Of a stretch of 64,000 nt of DNA, positions 9,583 through 20,800 are shown in pieces. Origin of the DNA: Candidatus Palauibacter sp. (GTDB taxonomy: Bacteria; Gemmatimonadota; Gemmatimonadetes; Palauibacterales; Palauibacteraceae); NCBI RefSeq assembly GCF_965197445.1, contig NZ_CBDANE010000005.1, forward strand, positions 1,458,992-1,522,991, in the 5' to 3' direction. Within the stretch, counting starts at the first letter, position 1. Every line of letters starts with the position of its first letter. The position numbers and the translations under genes were made by a program. The notes beneath the pieces were generated by a model. That model saw nothing but the letters and a program-made list of their open reading frames with translations, made no database searches and was not told where the DNA came from.

Positions 9583-12500
9583 GGCGGGCGATCGGATGGA
9601 TGGCACGGCACGGCGTCGCCGCCAACCTGCTCATGGTATCGATCATCCTGGCGGGCTTCGTCAGCCTCGTGAACCTGCCTCAGGAGACGTTCCCGGAGAT
9701 CTCCCTGGATACGATCCAGATACAGGTCCAGTACCCGGGAGCCTCTCCCGACGAAGTCGAGCAGGCGATCGTCCGGCGCATCGAAGAGCGCATCTCCGGA
9801 ATCCAGGGCATCGACCGCGTCATCGGGGCGGCCTCGGAGAACGCGGGCGTCGTGCTTGCCGAACTCTCCCTGGGTACCGACCGGTCGCGGACGCTGGACG
9901 AGATCAAGTCGGCGGTGGACCGGATCACGAGTTTCCCGATCGATGCCGAGGAGCCCGAAGTCGTCGCGCTGAGCGCGGAGAGCGGCGTCATGGACATCGC
10001 GATCTTCGGGGATGTTCCGGAGCGGACGCTCAAGGAGATCGCGAACCGGGTCAAGGACGACCTGACGTCGCTGCCGACCATCTCGCTCGTACGCGTGTCC
10101 GGCGTCCGGCGGTACGAGATCTCGATCGAGGTCTCGAAGCAATCGCTGCGCGCCCATCGGCTGACGCTCGATGAGGTTGCCGCGGCGGTGCGGCGCGGCA
10201 GCCTCGATCTGCCCGGCGGCAGCGTCGAGACCGCTCGGGAGGAGATTCTCGTTCACATCAGAGGGCAGAACTACACCCGGGCCGACTTCGCGGACATCAT
10301 CGTGCGCGCGAATGTCGACGGGTCGATGCTCCGCCTCGAAGACGTGGCCGATATCCGGGACGGCTTTGAACATGCCGACCTCATCAACGCCTACAACGGG
10401 AAGCAGACGGCCTTCGTCCAGGTCCTGCGGACAGGGGACGAGCGCGTCCTCGACATCGTGGAGGAAGTCGACCGTTATCTGGCGGAGGAACTCGCCGTGT
10501 CGCTGCCGCGCGGCGTCGACTACAGCATCTGGAGCAGCGAGGCCGAGTACCTCCAGAGCCGCATCTCGCTTCTCATAAAGAACGGCCGACTCGGTCTGAT
10601 CCTCGTCCTCGTAGCGCTGGCGCTCTTCCTCGACCTGCGCCTCGCGTTCTGGACGGCGGTCGGGATCTTCCTCTCCTTCGCGGGCGTGTTCGCGGTGATG
10701 GCGGTATTCGACATCTCCATCAACATGATGGCGCTGTTCGGTTTCATCCTCGCCATCGGCATCGTGGTCGACGACGCGATCGTGGTGGGAGAGAACATCT
10801 TCGCTGAACGGGAGAAAGGTACGCCGCCGCTTCAGGCGGCCATCAAGGGGACCCGGCGCGTGTCCGTGCCGGTGACGTTCGCCGTGCTCACGACCGTGGC
10901 CGCGTTCACTCCGCTCCTTATCGTGCCCGGAAGCATGGGGAAGTTCCTCTACGTGATCCCGGCCATCGTGATCGCCGTGCTCCTGCTCTCGCTCGTCGAG
11001 GGACTGTTCATCCTCCCGTACCACCTTTCGCACCTTCCGGACCCGGGTACGGCTCGGCGGAAGGGAGGGCTTCTGGGGCCTGTGTACCGCCTGCAGGCAA
11101 TCGTCCAGACTCAATTGCGGCGATTCATCGAGGGCCCGCTGGAGCGCTCGGTGCGTTTCGCGGTCCGGCGGCCGGGGCTGGCCATTCTGGGAGCCGTCTC
11201 GTCGCTGCTGATCGTGGCGGGCCTGGTGGCCGGCCGCCACATACGCTTCAGCCTCCTGCCCGTGATCGAGGGCGAAGAGGTCGTCGCGTACATCGAAATG
11301 ACCGAGGGGACGACGAGCGAGCGCACAAGGGAAGTGGCCGGCTATATCGAGCGGGAAGGATACGCGGCGGTCGCGGAGCTCGAGTTGGATACGCCGGAGG
11401 ACGAGCCGCCGCTGGTCGACGCCGTGTTCACAAGCGTCGGGGAGCGTCCTTCGATGGAGGGAGGGCCAAGCATGGTCACCTCCGCGAGTTTCATCCGGTC
11501 GAACATCGCCGAAGTCAGCCTTCGACTGTCCGATCCCGAGGTGAGGAGCGTACCCGCCTCCGAGCTCGAACGTGTCTGGAGAGACCGGGTGGGTCCCGTG
11601 GCCGGCGCCCGGGAACTCACGTTCAGCTCGGTACTGATCGATCTCGGGTCGCCGGTGCAGGTTGAACTCTCCCATCCGGACACCGCGATGCTCAGCGCGG
11701 CGGTCCCGGAGATCGCCGCCCGTCTGTCACGCATCGCCGGGGTGACGGAGGTCCGTGACGACAGAGGCCAGGGCAAGAGGGAACTGGAACTGGAACTCAA
11801 GCCCGCCGCCCGAACGCTCGGGATCACGCTCGATGACCTCGCGCGCCAGGTACGCGGCGCCTTCTTCGGGAACGAGGCCTTTCGGCTTCAGCGAGGCCGC
11901 GATGAGGTTCGCGTGTACGTGCGGCTTCCCGAGGTGGAGCGGAACACGCTCGCCGATCTGCAGGACTACCGCATCAGAACGCCGGGGGGAGGCGAAGCGC
12001 CGCTGTCGGAGGTGGCTGAACTCTCGTTCGGGATCGCCTCGTCGACGATCAACCGGATCGATGGACGCCGAATCGTCACGGTCACGGCGGATGTGGACGC
12101 GGCGGTGATTACGGGTCAGGAAGCGAACACCGCGCTCACGTCTTCGATTCTCCCCGACCTTCAGACCCGATACCCGGGCCTCCGCTACGGATTCGGCGGC
12201 GAGCAGAGGCAGCAGACTCTGGCCTTCGAGGGTCTGGCGCGCGGCTTCGGCCTCGCTCTGCTCGCGATCTACGCGCTCCTCGCCATCCCGTTCCGCTCAT
12301 ACCTGCAGCCGCTCGTCATCATGGCGTCGATTCCACTTGGCTTCGTCGGTGCCGCGATCGGGCACATGATCATGGGGCTCGACCTCGGGATGCTGTCGAT
12401 GTTCGGGATCGTGGGTCTGTCCGGGGTCGTCGTGAACGACTCCCTCGTACTCATGGACTTCATCAACGAGCGGCACCGCTCGGGACTCCCGATGGCGGAG

Positions 12501-12812
12501 GCGATCGTTCAGGGGGCCAAAGCTCGTTTCCGCCCCATCTTCCTCACGTCGCTGACCACGTTCCTGGGCGTGTCGCCGATCATCATGGAGCGGAGCACGC
12601 AGGCGCAGTTCCTCACGCCGATGGCCGTCAGCCTCGGGTTCGGGATCCTGTTCGCCACCGTCATCATCATGATCGCCGTGCCCGCTCTGGCGATGATGAA
12701 CCATACGCTGACGGTTCGGTTCAAGCGGGCGATCGGCCGCGGCCGCCGGGGGGAATCGGAACTTGGCCTGGCCGCCGGCAGCTTCGATGCGCCGCCGCCG
12801 GTCCGCACGTAG
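9579..12812 (+). CDS. RND efflux permease (AcrB/AcrD/AcrF family)
   Basis: 1077 aa; GIVVDDAIVVGEN, GVVVNDS and RFRPIFLTSLTT motifs. Confidence 0.95.
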   Translation: MRRAIGWMARHGVAANLLMVSIILAGFVSLVNLPQETFPEISLDTIQIQVQYPGASPDEVEQAIVRRIEERISGIQGIDRVIGAASENAGVVLAELSLGTDRSRTLDEIKSAVDRITSFPIDAEEPEVVALSAESGVMDIAIFGDVPERTLKEIANRVKDDLTSLPTISLVRVSGVRRYEISIEVSKQSLRAHRLTLDEVAAAVRRGSLDLPGGSVETAREEILVHIRGQNYTRADFADIIVRANVDGSMLRLEDVADIRDGFEHADLINAYNGKQTAFVQVLRTGDERVLDIVEEVDRYLAEELAVSLPRGVDYSIWSSEAEYLQSRISLLIKNGRLGLILVLVALALFLDLRLAFWTAVGIFLSFAGVFAVMAVFDISINMMALFGFILAIGIVVDDAIVVGENIFAEREKGTPPLQAAIKGTRRVSVPVTFAVLTTVAAFTPLLIVPGSMGKFLYVIPAIVIAVLLLSLVEGLFILPYHLSHLPDPGTARRKGGLLGPVYRLQAIVQTQLRRFIEGPLERSVRFAVRRPGLAILGAVSSLLIVAGLVAGRHIRFSLLPVIEGEEVVAYIEMTEGTTSERTREVAGYIEREGYAAVAELELDTPEDEPPLVDAVFTSVGERPSMEGGPSMVTSASFIRSNIAEVSLRLSDPEVRSVPASELERVWRDRVGPVAGARELTFSSVLIDLGSPVQVELSHPDTAMLSAAVPEIAARLSRIAGVTEVRDDRGQGKRELELELKPAARTLGITLDDLARQVRGAFFGNEAFRLQRGRDEVRVYVRLPEVERNTLADLQDYRIRTPGGGEAPLSEVAELSFGIASSTINRIDGRRIVTVTADVDAAVITGQEANTALTSSILPDLQTRYPGLRYGFGGEQRQQTLAFEGLARGFGLALLAIYALLAIPFRSYLQPLVIMASIPLGFVGAAIGHMIMGLDLGMLSMFGIVGLSGVVVNDSLVLMDFINERHRSGLPMAEAIVQGAKARFRPIFLTSLTTFLGVSPIIMERSTQAQFLTPMAVSLGFGILFATVIIMIAVPALAMMNHTLTVRFKRAIGRGRRGESELGLAAGSFDAPPPVRT

Positions 12813-12840
12813 GGCGGGATCGGGAGTCGAGACCGGATCC

Positions 12841-13422
12841 GTGACCCCCGACCACATCTCATGGCAGGAGTTCTACGTTACGCGGGGGGTCCGCGAGGAA
12901 CTCAAGCGGCAACGTGCCCGGTGCCTGTGGCTGACGGGGCTGCCGGCGTCCGGAAAATCCACCATCGGCAACCTGCTCGAGAAGCGTCTCGCGGCGGAGG
13001 GACGACACACCTACCTCCTGGACGGGGACAACCTCCGCCACGGTCTCAACCGGGATCTGGGGTTCACCGAGGCCGCCCGAGTGGAGAACATCCGGAGGGT
13101 GGCCGAGGTGGCGCGCCTGATGGTCGACGCGGGCCTGATCGTGATCGTCGCCTTCATCGCTCCGTTTCAATCGGGACGGGACTTCGCCCGCGGCCTGTTC
13201 GAAGCCGGCGAGTTCAGGGAGATCTTCGTGGACGCGTCGCCGGCCACCTGCGCGGCGCGTGACCCGAAGGGGCTCTACGCCAGAGCGATGAGGGGCGAAA
13301 TCAGGAACTTCACCGGCGTCGACGGCCCCTACGAGCGACCCGAACGACCGGACCTGCGTCTGGACACGGAAGAGCTCTCCGCGGAGGAATGCGTCGAACT
13401 CATCATCCGCGCCCTGGCGTAG
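12841..13422 (+). CDS. cysC: Adenylyl-sulfate (APS) kinase
   Basis: WLTGLPASGKST P-loop, LDGDNLRHGLNRDLGF, RDPKGLY, FTGVDGPYERP. Confidence 0.95.
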   Translation: MTPDHISWQEFYVTRGVREELKRQRARCLWLTGLPASGKSTIGNLLEKRLAAEGRHTYLLDGDNLRHGLNRDLGFTEAARVENIRRVAEVARLMVDAGLIVIVAFIAPFQSGRDFARGLFEAGEFREIFVDASPATCAARDPKGLYARAMRGEIRNFTGVDGPYERPERPDLRLDTEELSAEECVELIIRALA

Positions 13423-13921
13423 GCCGCGGCTCGCGACGCATAAGGCTTCTGGCCCGGGCGCACGCGGCCAGGTCGTCGTTGGGGGCGCTGGCTTCCGCAG
13501 GCAGGCGGTTCTCGAGGGCGAGGAACACGGGAGCGGTCCAGTCGCGCGGGCTCGGGTCGAGCGCGAACCGCCGCTGGCTCACGACTTCGACGGCCCAGAC
13601 ATTGCGCCCTTCGGGCTCGACGAAGACCCCGACCACTTCGCCCTGATCCGCATCGAGGGCCATGTCCTCCGGACGCTCGACGTCGGGCTGGTAGCTGTGG
13701 GCGAGCACGAACCCGTTCTCGACGTTCTCACGCTCGATGACGAGCCCTGCGTAGCGGACGGCCTCCACGACCCGCTCCCACAGCGTCTCGTACTGCAGCC
13801 GGTAGCAGCGGGTGAGCCCCGTCCCCCGGGCTTGCAGCACGCTACCCGTCGCCAGACACCCGGCCACGACGAAGGCGGATACGGCCCCGGCCCAGCCGGT
13901 CCGGGTCAGTCTCCCACCCAC
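13403..13921 (-). CDS. Hypothetical lipoprotein
   Basis: Hydrophobic N-terminus ending VVAGC; coupled to the upstream aldehyde dehydrogenase. Confidence 0.6.
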   Translation of the reverse strand: MGGRLTRTGWAGAVSAFVVAGCLATGSVLQARGTGLTRCYRLQYETLWERVVEAVRYAGLVIERENVENGFVLAHSYQPDVERPEDMALDADQGEVVGVFVEPEGRNVWAVEVVSQRRFALDPSPRDWTAPVFLALENRLPAEASAPNDDLAACARARSLMRREPRPTPGRG

Positions 13922-15273
13922 ACGGTCTTGACGTTCACGAACTCGCGGATCGCGTGGGGGCCGAGTTCCCGTCCGTATCCGGATCGTTTGACGCCGCCGA
14001 AGGGGACGCGTGGGTCCGAGGCCGACATCCCGTTGATGAACACGCCGCCGGCCTCGAGGTCACGGACGGCGCGCGCACGCTCGTGGGGGTCGTGGGTCCA
14101 GATGGCGGACGAGAGGCCGAACTCGGTCGCGTTGGCGCGATGGATGGCTTCGTCCACATCGGCGACGGGGAAGACGCAGGCAACCGGGCCGAAGATCTCG
14201 TCGTCCGTGGCGGGGGAACCGTCGGGCACGTCTGTGAGTACGGTCGGCTCGTAGTACCATCCGGGACGGTCGGGCACCCGGCCGCCCGTTGCCACGTGGG
14301 CGCCCACCGCCACGGTGGCATCGACCTGCTCCGCGACTCTGTCCCGAAGATCTCGCCTCGCCAGCGGTCCGACCTCGACTTCGGGATCCCGGGGGTCCCC
14401 GACCCGCAAAGCCGACACGCGGTCGATCAGCCGCCTGGAGAACTCGTCTGCGATCGAACTCTGGACGAGCATCCGCTTGGCGGCGATGCAGGACTGGCCG
14501 TTGTTCCACATCCGCGCGTCGACCGCGGTGGCGACGGCCCGGTCGAGATCCGCGCTCTCCATGACGATGAAGGGATCGCTGCCGCCGAGTTCGAGTACCG
14601 TGGTCTTGATGCGGCGCCCGGCCTCGGCCGCGAGCGCCGACCCGGCCGCGACGGAGCCCGTGAGGGAGGCCGCCTGGACGATCGGGTCGTCGAGGACGCG
14701 CGGGATGTCTTCAATCTCGACGAAGACGTTCTGGAATAGACCCTCGGGGAAGCCGGCGCGGGCGAACAGACCGTCGAGGGCGACCGCGCACTGCGGGACA
14801 TTCGGCGAATGCTTCAGCAGGAAGGCGTTGCCTGCCATCAACGTCGGCACCGCGGACCGCATGGCCTGCCAGAACGGGAAGTTCCACGGCATGATGCCGA
14901 GTACGGCGCCCAGAGGATGGTATTCGACCCAGCAGTGCGTCCCCGTGGACTCGAACCGTTCGGGTTCGAGCAGCGCCGGACCGTGCTCGGCGTAGTAGCG
15001 GCACACCCAGGCGCATTTCTCGGCCTCGGCGACCGCGCTGGCCAGCGGTTTGCCCATCTCGCGCGTCATGAGCAGGCCGTACGCGGCCTTCCCGCGCTCG
15101 ACAAGATCCGCGAGCGCGAGGAGCCGTTCCGCCCGCTCGGCGGGCGGGACGCGTTTCCACGTCTCGAAGCCGCGCCGGGCCCGGTCGAGCGCGGCTTCGA
15201 TTCCGCCGCCATCGAGGGCCGGGAACGAGGCCAGCCGTTCCTCGGTCGCTGGATCTATGCTCACAAACGGCAT
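13906..15273 (-). CDS. NAD-dependent succinate-semialdehyde dehydrogenase family protein
   Basis: IMPWNFPFWQ, LTGS, LELGGSDPF, NNGQSCIAAKR, EIFGP, PFGGVKRSGYGRE. Confidence 0.93.
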   Translation of the reverse strand: MPFVSIDPATEERLASFPALDGGGIEAALDRARRGFETWKRVPPAERAERLLALADLVERGKAAYGLLMTREMGKPLASAVAEAEKCAWVCRYYAEHGPALLEPERFESTGTHCWVEYHPLGAVLGIMPWNFPFWQAMRSAVPTLMAGNAFLLKHSPNVPQCAVALDGLFARAGFPEGLFQNVFVEIEDIPRVLDDPIVQAASLTGSVAAGSALAAEAGRRIKTTVLELGGSDPFIVMESADLDRAVATAVDARMWNNGQSCIAAKRMLVQSSIADEFSRRLIDRVSALRVGDPRDPEVEVGPLARRDLRDRVAEQVDATVAVGAHVATGGRVPDRPGWYYEPTVLTDVPDGSPATDDEIFGPVACVFPVADVDEAIHRANATEFGLSSAIWTHDPHERARAVRDLEAGGVFINGMSASDPRVPFGGVKRSGYGRELGPHAIREFVNVKTVWVGD

Positions 15274-15370
15274 TCTCGTCCTCCCTCACGGGACGTTACC
15301 ATTCAGCAAATCGTCCGTTGTCCGCGCCCGGCTCGCAAGCCCGTGGCAGGACCTCCGCCTGGAGTCGCCT

Positions 15371-16165
15371 GTGACCGAAGCCGACATTGCCCGCGCGCTG
15401 CTCTCCGCCCGGGACGAGCGTCGAACGACGCAACCGCCCACGCTTCGCGGGCATGCATTCGGGCTGGATCAGGCCTATCGCGTCGGGGCGCTGCTCGATC
15501 GCCGCCTCTGCGCACGCGGCTACCGGCGTGCGGGCTGCAAGGTCGGGTTCACGAACAAGGCGATCTGGCCGCGTTTCGGACTGGAAGAGCCGATCGTGGC
15601 CCCTGTCTACGAGCAGACACTGCGGACGGCGGCGCCGACGGCCGAAGTGTCGCTGGAGGGGTTCTGTGCGCCCCGGATCGAGGTGGAGGTCGTGTTCGGC
15701 ATCGAGCCTTCCGGCCGCGCGGCGGATACGGCCCGGCCCGCCTGGGCGGCGCTCGGTTTCGAGATCGTGGACTGCCACTACCCCGACTGGCACCTCTCGC
15801 CTGCGGACTCGGTTGCGGACTTCGGGCTTCACGGAGCTCTCGTCGTCGGCCCCCGCATCGACCGGACCGCGGCCGGTTTCGAACAGCGGTTGGCTCGCCT
15901 CGACCGGCTCGAGGTTCGGCTGCTGCAGGACGAACGGTTGTCGGTTCGGGGACGCGCGAGTTCAGTCCTCGGCCATCCCCTCGCGGCTCTGGATGTGGTG
16001 CCGCGGCTGCTGCCGCACTTCGACGACACCGGACGATCGCCGTACGGCGGGGTCGTGAGTACGGGAACGATGACCGCGCTCGCACCGCTCGCCCCGGGCG
16101 AGCGGTGGCGGGTCGAAGCGGACGGTGGGGATCTTCCCGGCCTCGAACTCGTGTTGACCGATTGA
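15371..16165 (+). CDS. 2-keto-4-pentenoate hydratase-like (FAH superfamily) protein
   Basis: KVGFTN, PRIEVEV, FEIVD, VADFGLHG, VLGHP, VSTGT; GTG start after GGAG. Confidence 0.85.
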   Translation: MTEADIARALLSARDERRTTQPPTLRGHAFGLDQAYRVGALLDRRLCARGYRRAGCKVGFTNKAIWPRFGLEEPIVAPVYEQTLRTAAPTAEVSLEGFCAPRIEVEVVFGIEPSGRAADTARPAWAALGFEIVDCHYPDWHLSPADSVADFGLHGALVVGPRIDRTAAGFEQRLARLDRLEVRLLQDERLSVRGRASSVLGHPLAALDVVPRLLPHFDDTGRSPYGGVVSTGTMTALAPLAPGERWRVEADGGDLPGLELVLTD

Positions 16166-16231
16166 GCGGGCTTGCCCTGCCCGGGGCGACGCGGGAACAT
16201 AGCAGCGCCATCTGACCCGAGAGGAGCATAC

Positions 16232-17812
16232 ATGCCAGAGGAGCCCCAGGGGACAGGCGCCGAGACGGCTCGCTGGGCCAAAGTCATCGACCATACGCGC
16301 TGTATCGGCTGCCACGCCTGCACGACGGCCTGCAAGTCGGAGAACGAAGTCCCCCTCGGCGTCACCCGCACGTACGTGAAGTACGCCGATGTCGGGACAT
16401 TCCCGGCTGCACGCCGGGCGTATCAGGTGACGCGCTGCAACCAGTGCGACGACGCTCCGTGCATAACGGCCTGTCCCACCGGAGCCATGTTCCGCCGCCC
16501 CGACGGGATCGTCGACTTCGACAAGTCGATCTGTATCGGCTGCAAGGCCTGCATCGCCGCCTGCCCCTACGACGCGATCTTCATCAACCCGGAGGACAAT
16601 TCCGCGGAGAAGTGCAACTTCTGCGCGCACCGCATCGACATGGGACTGGAGCCGGCCTGCGTCACCGTGTGCCCGACCGAGGCGATCATCGTCGGTGACC
16701 TCGACGACCCCGCGTCGAAGGTGTCCCAGCTCGTCGCGCGCGACCCCGTGAGCGTCCGGCGCCCGGAGAAGGAGACCCATCCCAAGCTGTTCTACAAGGG
16801 CGCGCACCAGGCGACGCTCGATCCGCTGGCCGCCGTCCGGCCGGGCGGAGGTCTGTACATGTGGAGCGAGCAGCCGGACGGCCCCCACGAGATCGGATCC
16901 GGCCAGCCGTACCCGATGAGCGCGGATGGGCGCCACGGCCCGAACTCATCGGCCGCGGCGATCCTCTCCTACGATGTTTCACACACCGTACCGTGGGACT
17001 GGCGCGTGAGTCTCTACACGCTGACCAAGGGGGTCTCGGCCGGAGTCTACCTGGCCGCCCTCCTGCTCTGTCTGCTCGGAGGCCTCTCGTGGCAGGGCGG
17101 GGAATGGCTCACGCTCACGCCGCTCCTGGGACTGCTCGCCCTCGCCGTCACGGGCGGGCTCCTCATCTGGGATCTCGAGCACCCGGAGCGCTTCCTCCTC
17201 ATCTTCACGCGACCCCAGATGAAGAGCTGGCTCGTCCGCGGCGCGATCGTGATATCCGGTTACGGTCTGGCCCTGACGGCGCACCTGGCGGCGGGGCTGG
17301 CCGGCGGCGACGGAGGGCTGGCGGCGACCCGCTGGATGGCGTGGGCGGGAGCGCCCCTGGCGGCGATGACCGCAGTCTACACCGCCTACCTCTTCGCCCA
17401 GGCCAAGGCGCGCGATCTGTGGCAGAACCCGCTCCTGCCGCCGCACTTCCTCGTCCAGGCCGTGCTGGCCGGCGGCGCGGCCCTGATGCTGGTCCCCTCG
17501 CTCGGCGCATCCGCCGCGCTGGGCCTTCTGGTAAGCCTCTCGTCCGCGGTGCACCTCCTGCTCGTGCTCGCCGAACTGACGCTCACGCACGCCACGGCCC
17601 ACGCCGCCCTCGCCACCCGGAACATGGTGCGAGGCCGCTACGCCCCCTGGTTCTGGAGCGGAGCGCTGCTCGTGGCGCTGGGGGGCGCCCTGGCCGCGAG
17701 CCCCTTGAGCGCGGCCTGGGTCGCGCCGCTCGCCGGCGTCGCCGCCCTCGCGGGTCTGCTCGCGCATGAGCATGCCTACGTGCAGGCCGGCCAGTCGGTA
17801 CCCCTCGCATGA
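16232..17812 (+). CDS. Four-cluster 4Fe-4S protein fused to an NrfD/PsrC-type membrane anchor
   Basis: CIGCHACTTAC, CNQCDDAPC..CP, CIGCKACIAACP and CNFC..PAC..CP motifs, then about 8-9 TM helices with DLEHPERF. Confidence 0.92.
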   Translation: MPEEPQGTGAETARWAKVIDHTRCIGCHACTTACKSENEVPLGVTRTYVKYADVGTFPAARRAYQVTRCNQCDDAPCITACPTGAMFRRPDGIVDFDKSICIGCKACIAACPYDAIFINPEDNSAEKCNFCAHRIDMGLEPACVTVCPTEAIIVGDLDDPASKVSQLVARDPVSVRRPEKETHPKLFYKGAHQATLDPLAAVRPGGGLYMWSEQPDGPHEIGSGQPYPMSADGRHGPNSSAAAILSYDVSHTVPWDWRVSLYTLTKGVSAGVYLAALLLCLLGGLSWQGGEWLTLTPLLGLLALAVTGGLLIWDLEHPERFLLIFTRPQMKSWLVRGAIVISGYGLALTAHLAAGLAGGDGGLAATRWMAWAGAPLAAMTAVYTAYLFAQAKARDLWQNPLLPPHFLVQAVLAGGAALMLVPSLGASAALGLLVSLSSAVHLLLVLAELTLTHATAHAALATRNMVRGRYAPWFWSGALLVALGGALAASPLSAAWVAPLAGVAALAGLLAHEHAYVQAGQSVPLA

Positions 17813-20800
17813 GCGATCTCGGCGGCCCCGGCTCCAACGGCGCCGGCTCCGACTCCGATGGCCTCTCGCGCCGCCTCGACACACTGAACGAGCGCGTGAG
17901 CGCCGCGCGCAGCGAGACGGAGCGCCGGGGGGAGACCTTCTATCCCGGCCCGAGCCGCGCGCACCTCGCCGCCTTCCCGCCCCGCGAGCGCTGGGACCAC
18001 TGGGTCGAACTCGATTCCAAGGCGTGGCCCGAGCGCCGCGAACGACGCTACATGCTCGTGCCGACGACCTGCTTCAACTGTGAATCCGCCTGCGGACTCC
18101 TGGCCTACGTCGACCGCGACACCCTCGAGGTCCGCAAGTTCGAGGGGAATCCGGAGCATCCCGGCTCGCGAGGCAGGAACTGCGCCAAGGGCCCGGCGAC
18201 GCTGAACCAGATCGTCGATCCCGACCGGGTTCTCTATCCGCTCAAGCGAGCGGGCGCACGCGGGGAGGGGAAGTGGGTCAGAGTCTCCTGGGAGGAGGCG
18301 CTTTCCGACATCTCGACCCGGATCCGCAAGGCGCTGGACGAGGGCCGCCAACGCGAGATCATGTACCATGTGGGGCGGCCGGGCGAAGACGGATTCACCG
18401 AACGCCTGCTCGCCGCCTGGGGCGTCGACGGGCACAACTCGCACACGAATATCTGTTCTTCCAGCGCCCGCGCCGGCTACCAGTTCTGGATGGGCATGGA
18501 CCGCCCGAGTCCCGACCACGCGCGGGCCGACGTCATCCTCCTCGTGAGCTCTCACCTCGAGGCCGGACACTACTTCAACCCTCACGCACAGCGCATCATC
18601 GACGGAGTCAAGAAGGGCGCGCGGCTGATCGTGTTCGATACGCGTCTGTCGAACACCGCGACCCACGCCGACCACTGGCTCCCGACCCAGCCCGGATCCG
18701 AAGCCGCCGTCCTCCTCGCGATCGCGAACCACCTGATCACGACGGGGGCCTGGGACCGGGAATTCGTCCGGCGCTGGTTCAACTGGAAGGAATACCTGGC
18801 GGCCGAGAAACCGGAACTGCCGCGGACGTTCGAATCGTTCGAGACCGCACTGCGCGAACTCTACGAGGGCTGCACGTTCGAGTGGGCCGCGGAGGAATCC
18901 GGCGTGGACGCCGCCCAATTGCGCGAGGTGGCCGAGATCGTGGCGCGCGCCGGCTCGCGCCTCTCCACCCACAACTGGCGGAGCGCCGCATCGGGCAACG
19001 AAGGCGGCTGGCAGGTGGCCCGGACCCTCTTCTTCCTGAACGCGCTCACCGGCTCCGTGGCGACGCCGGGCGGAACCTATCCAAGCACATGGAACAAGTT
19101 CATCCCGAAACCGATCCGCATGCCCCGCCACCCCGACCACTGGAACGAGCTCACATGGCCCGAGGAGTACCCGCTGGCCATGTACGAGGTGTCCTTCCTC
19201 CTCCCGCATCTCCTCAAGGAGGGGCGCGGGAAGCTCGACGTGTACTTCACTCGCGTCTACAACCCCGTGTGGACGAACCCGGACGGCTTCACATGGATCG
19301 AAGCCCTCACGGACGAGGAGAAGGTCGGCCTCCACGTCGCGCTCACGCCGACCTGGAACGAGTCGGCCTACTTCGCCGACTACGTCCTCCCCATGGGTCA
19401 CGGACCCGAACGTCATGACCTGCATTCGTACGAGACGCACGACGGCCAGTGGATCGCCTTTCGTCAGCCCGTCCTGCGCACCGCGCGGCAGCGACTTGGC
19501 GAACAGGTCGCCGACACGCGCCACACGAACCCCGGCGAGGTCTGGGAGGAGAACGAATTCTGGCTCGAACTCTCGTGGCGGATAGATCCGGACGGGAGCC
19601 GCGGCATCCGTGAGTTCGTGGAGTCGAAGGAGAACCCCGGCCAGCGGCTCACGGTGGACGAATACTATGGCTGGATATTCGACCACTCCGTCCCCGGTCT
19701 CCCGGAGGCGGCGGAGGCCGACGGGCTCTCTCCCCTGGAGTACATGAGACGGTACGGCGCCTTCGAGGTGGCGCGTGACATCGGTCCCCTGTACGAGGAG
19801 CACGTACCGGTGGAGGAATTCCTGGACCCCCGGGAAGACGAGTTCGGCCGCATCTATACCCGAGCTTCCAGCCCCGCGGTCGTCAATCTGGCGCCGATGG
19901 GGACGCCCGATTCCGACCCCGAGGGACGACGGCCGGTGGGGGTGCGCGCGCCGGACGGTTCCATCCGGCGCGGGTTCCCGACTCCGAGCGGAAAGCTCGA
20001 GTTCTACTCTCCAACGCTCGTCGAATGGGGCTGGCCGGAGTACGCCGTCCCCGCCTACATCCGGAGCCATGTGCATCCGGCGGCCATGGAGCCGGATCAG
20101 ATGTGCCTGATCTCCACCTTCCGGCTCCCGGTCCAGATTCACACGCGTTCGGCCAATTCAAAATGGCTGGACGAAATCGCCCACACGAATCCGCTCTGGC
20201 TCCACACGACGGACGCACGGAGGATCGACGTGAAGACGGGGGACCTCGTGCGCGTCGAGACCGAGATCGGCCACTTCGTCCTCAAGGCCTGGGTGACCGA
20301 GGGGATCAAGCCGGGCGTCGTGGCCTGCAGCCACCACATGGGACGGTGGAAGCTGGCGGACGGCGCGAACGTCGGCGAGCCGGGCAGGGCCGGCCGCGGA
20401 GAGCGGGAGGGCACCGGCGCCCAGCGGCAACTCATGGCGACCGTCGATCTGAGCGAGGATCTCCACGGCTGGAAGCTGTCGCGCAAGCGGGGGGCCGCGC
20501 CCTACGAGACCGAGGATCCGGACACGTCGCGGATCTGGTGGACGGACGTGGGCGTGCACCAGAACCTCACCTTCCCCGTACATCCCGATCCCGTGTCCGG
20601 GATGCACTGCTGGCACCAGGCGGTCCGCGTGGTCAAGGCCTCGCGTCGCGACCGTCACGGCGACATCCACGTCGACACGGACAAGGCACATCGCGTCTAT
20701 CGCAACTGGCTGCAGAAGACCCGCGGTGCGCGGCAGCACTCTCCCGATGGGACCCGGCGCCCACACTGGCTGATCCGCCCCGTGCGTCCCGCGCGCGAAG

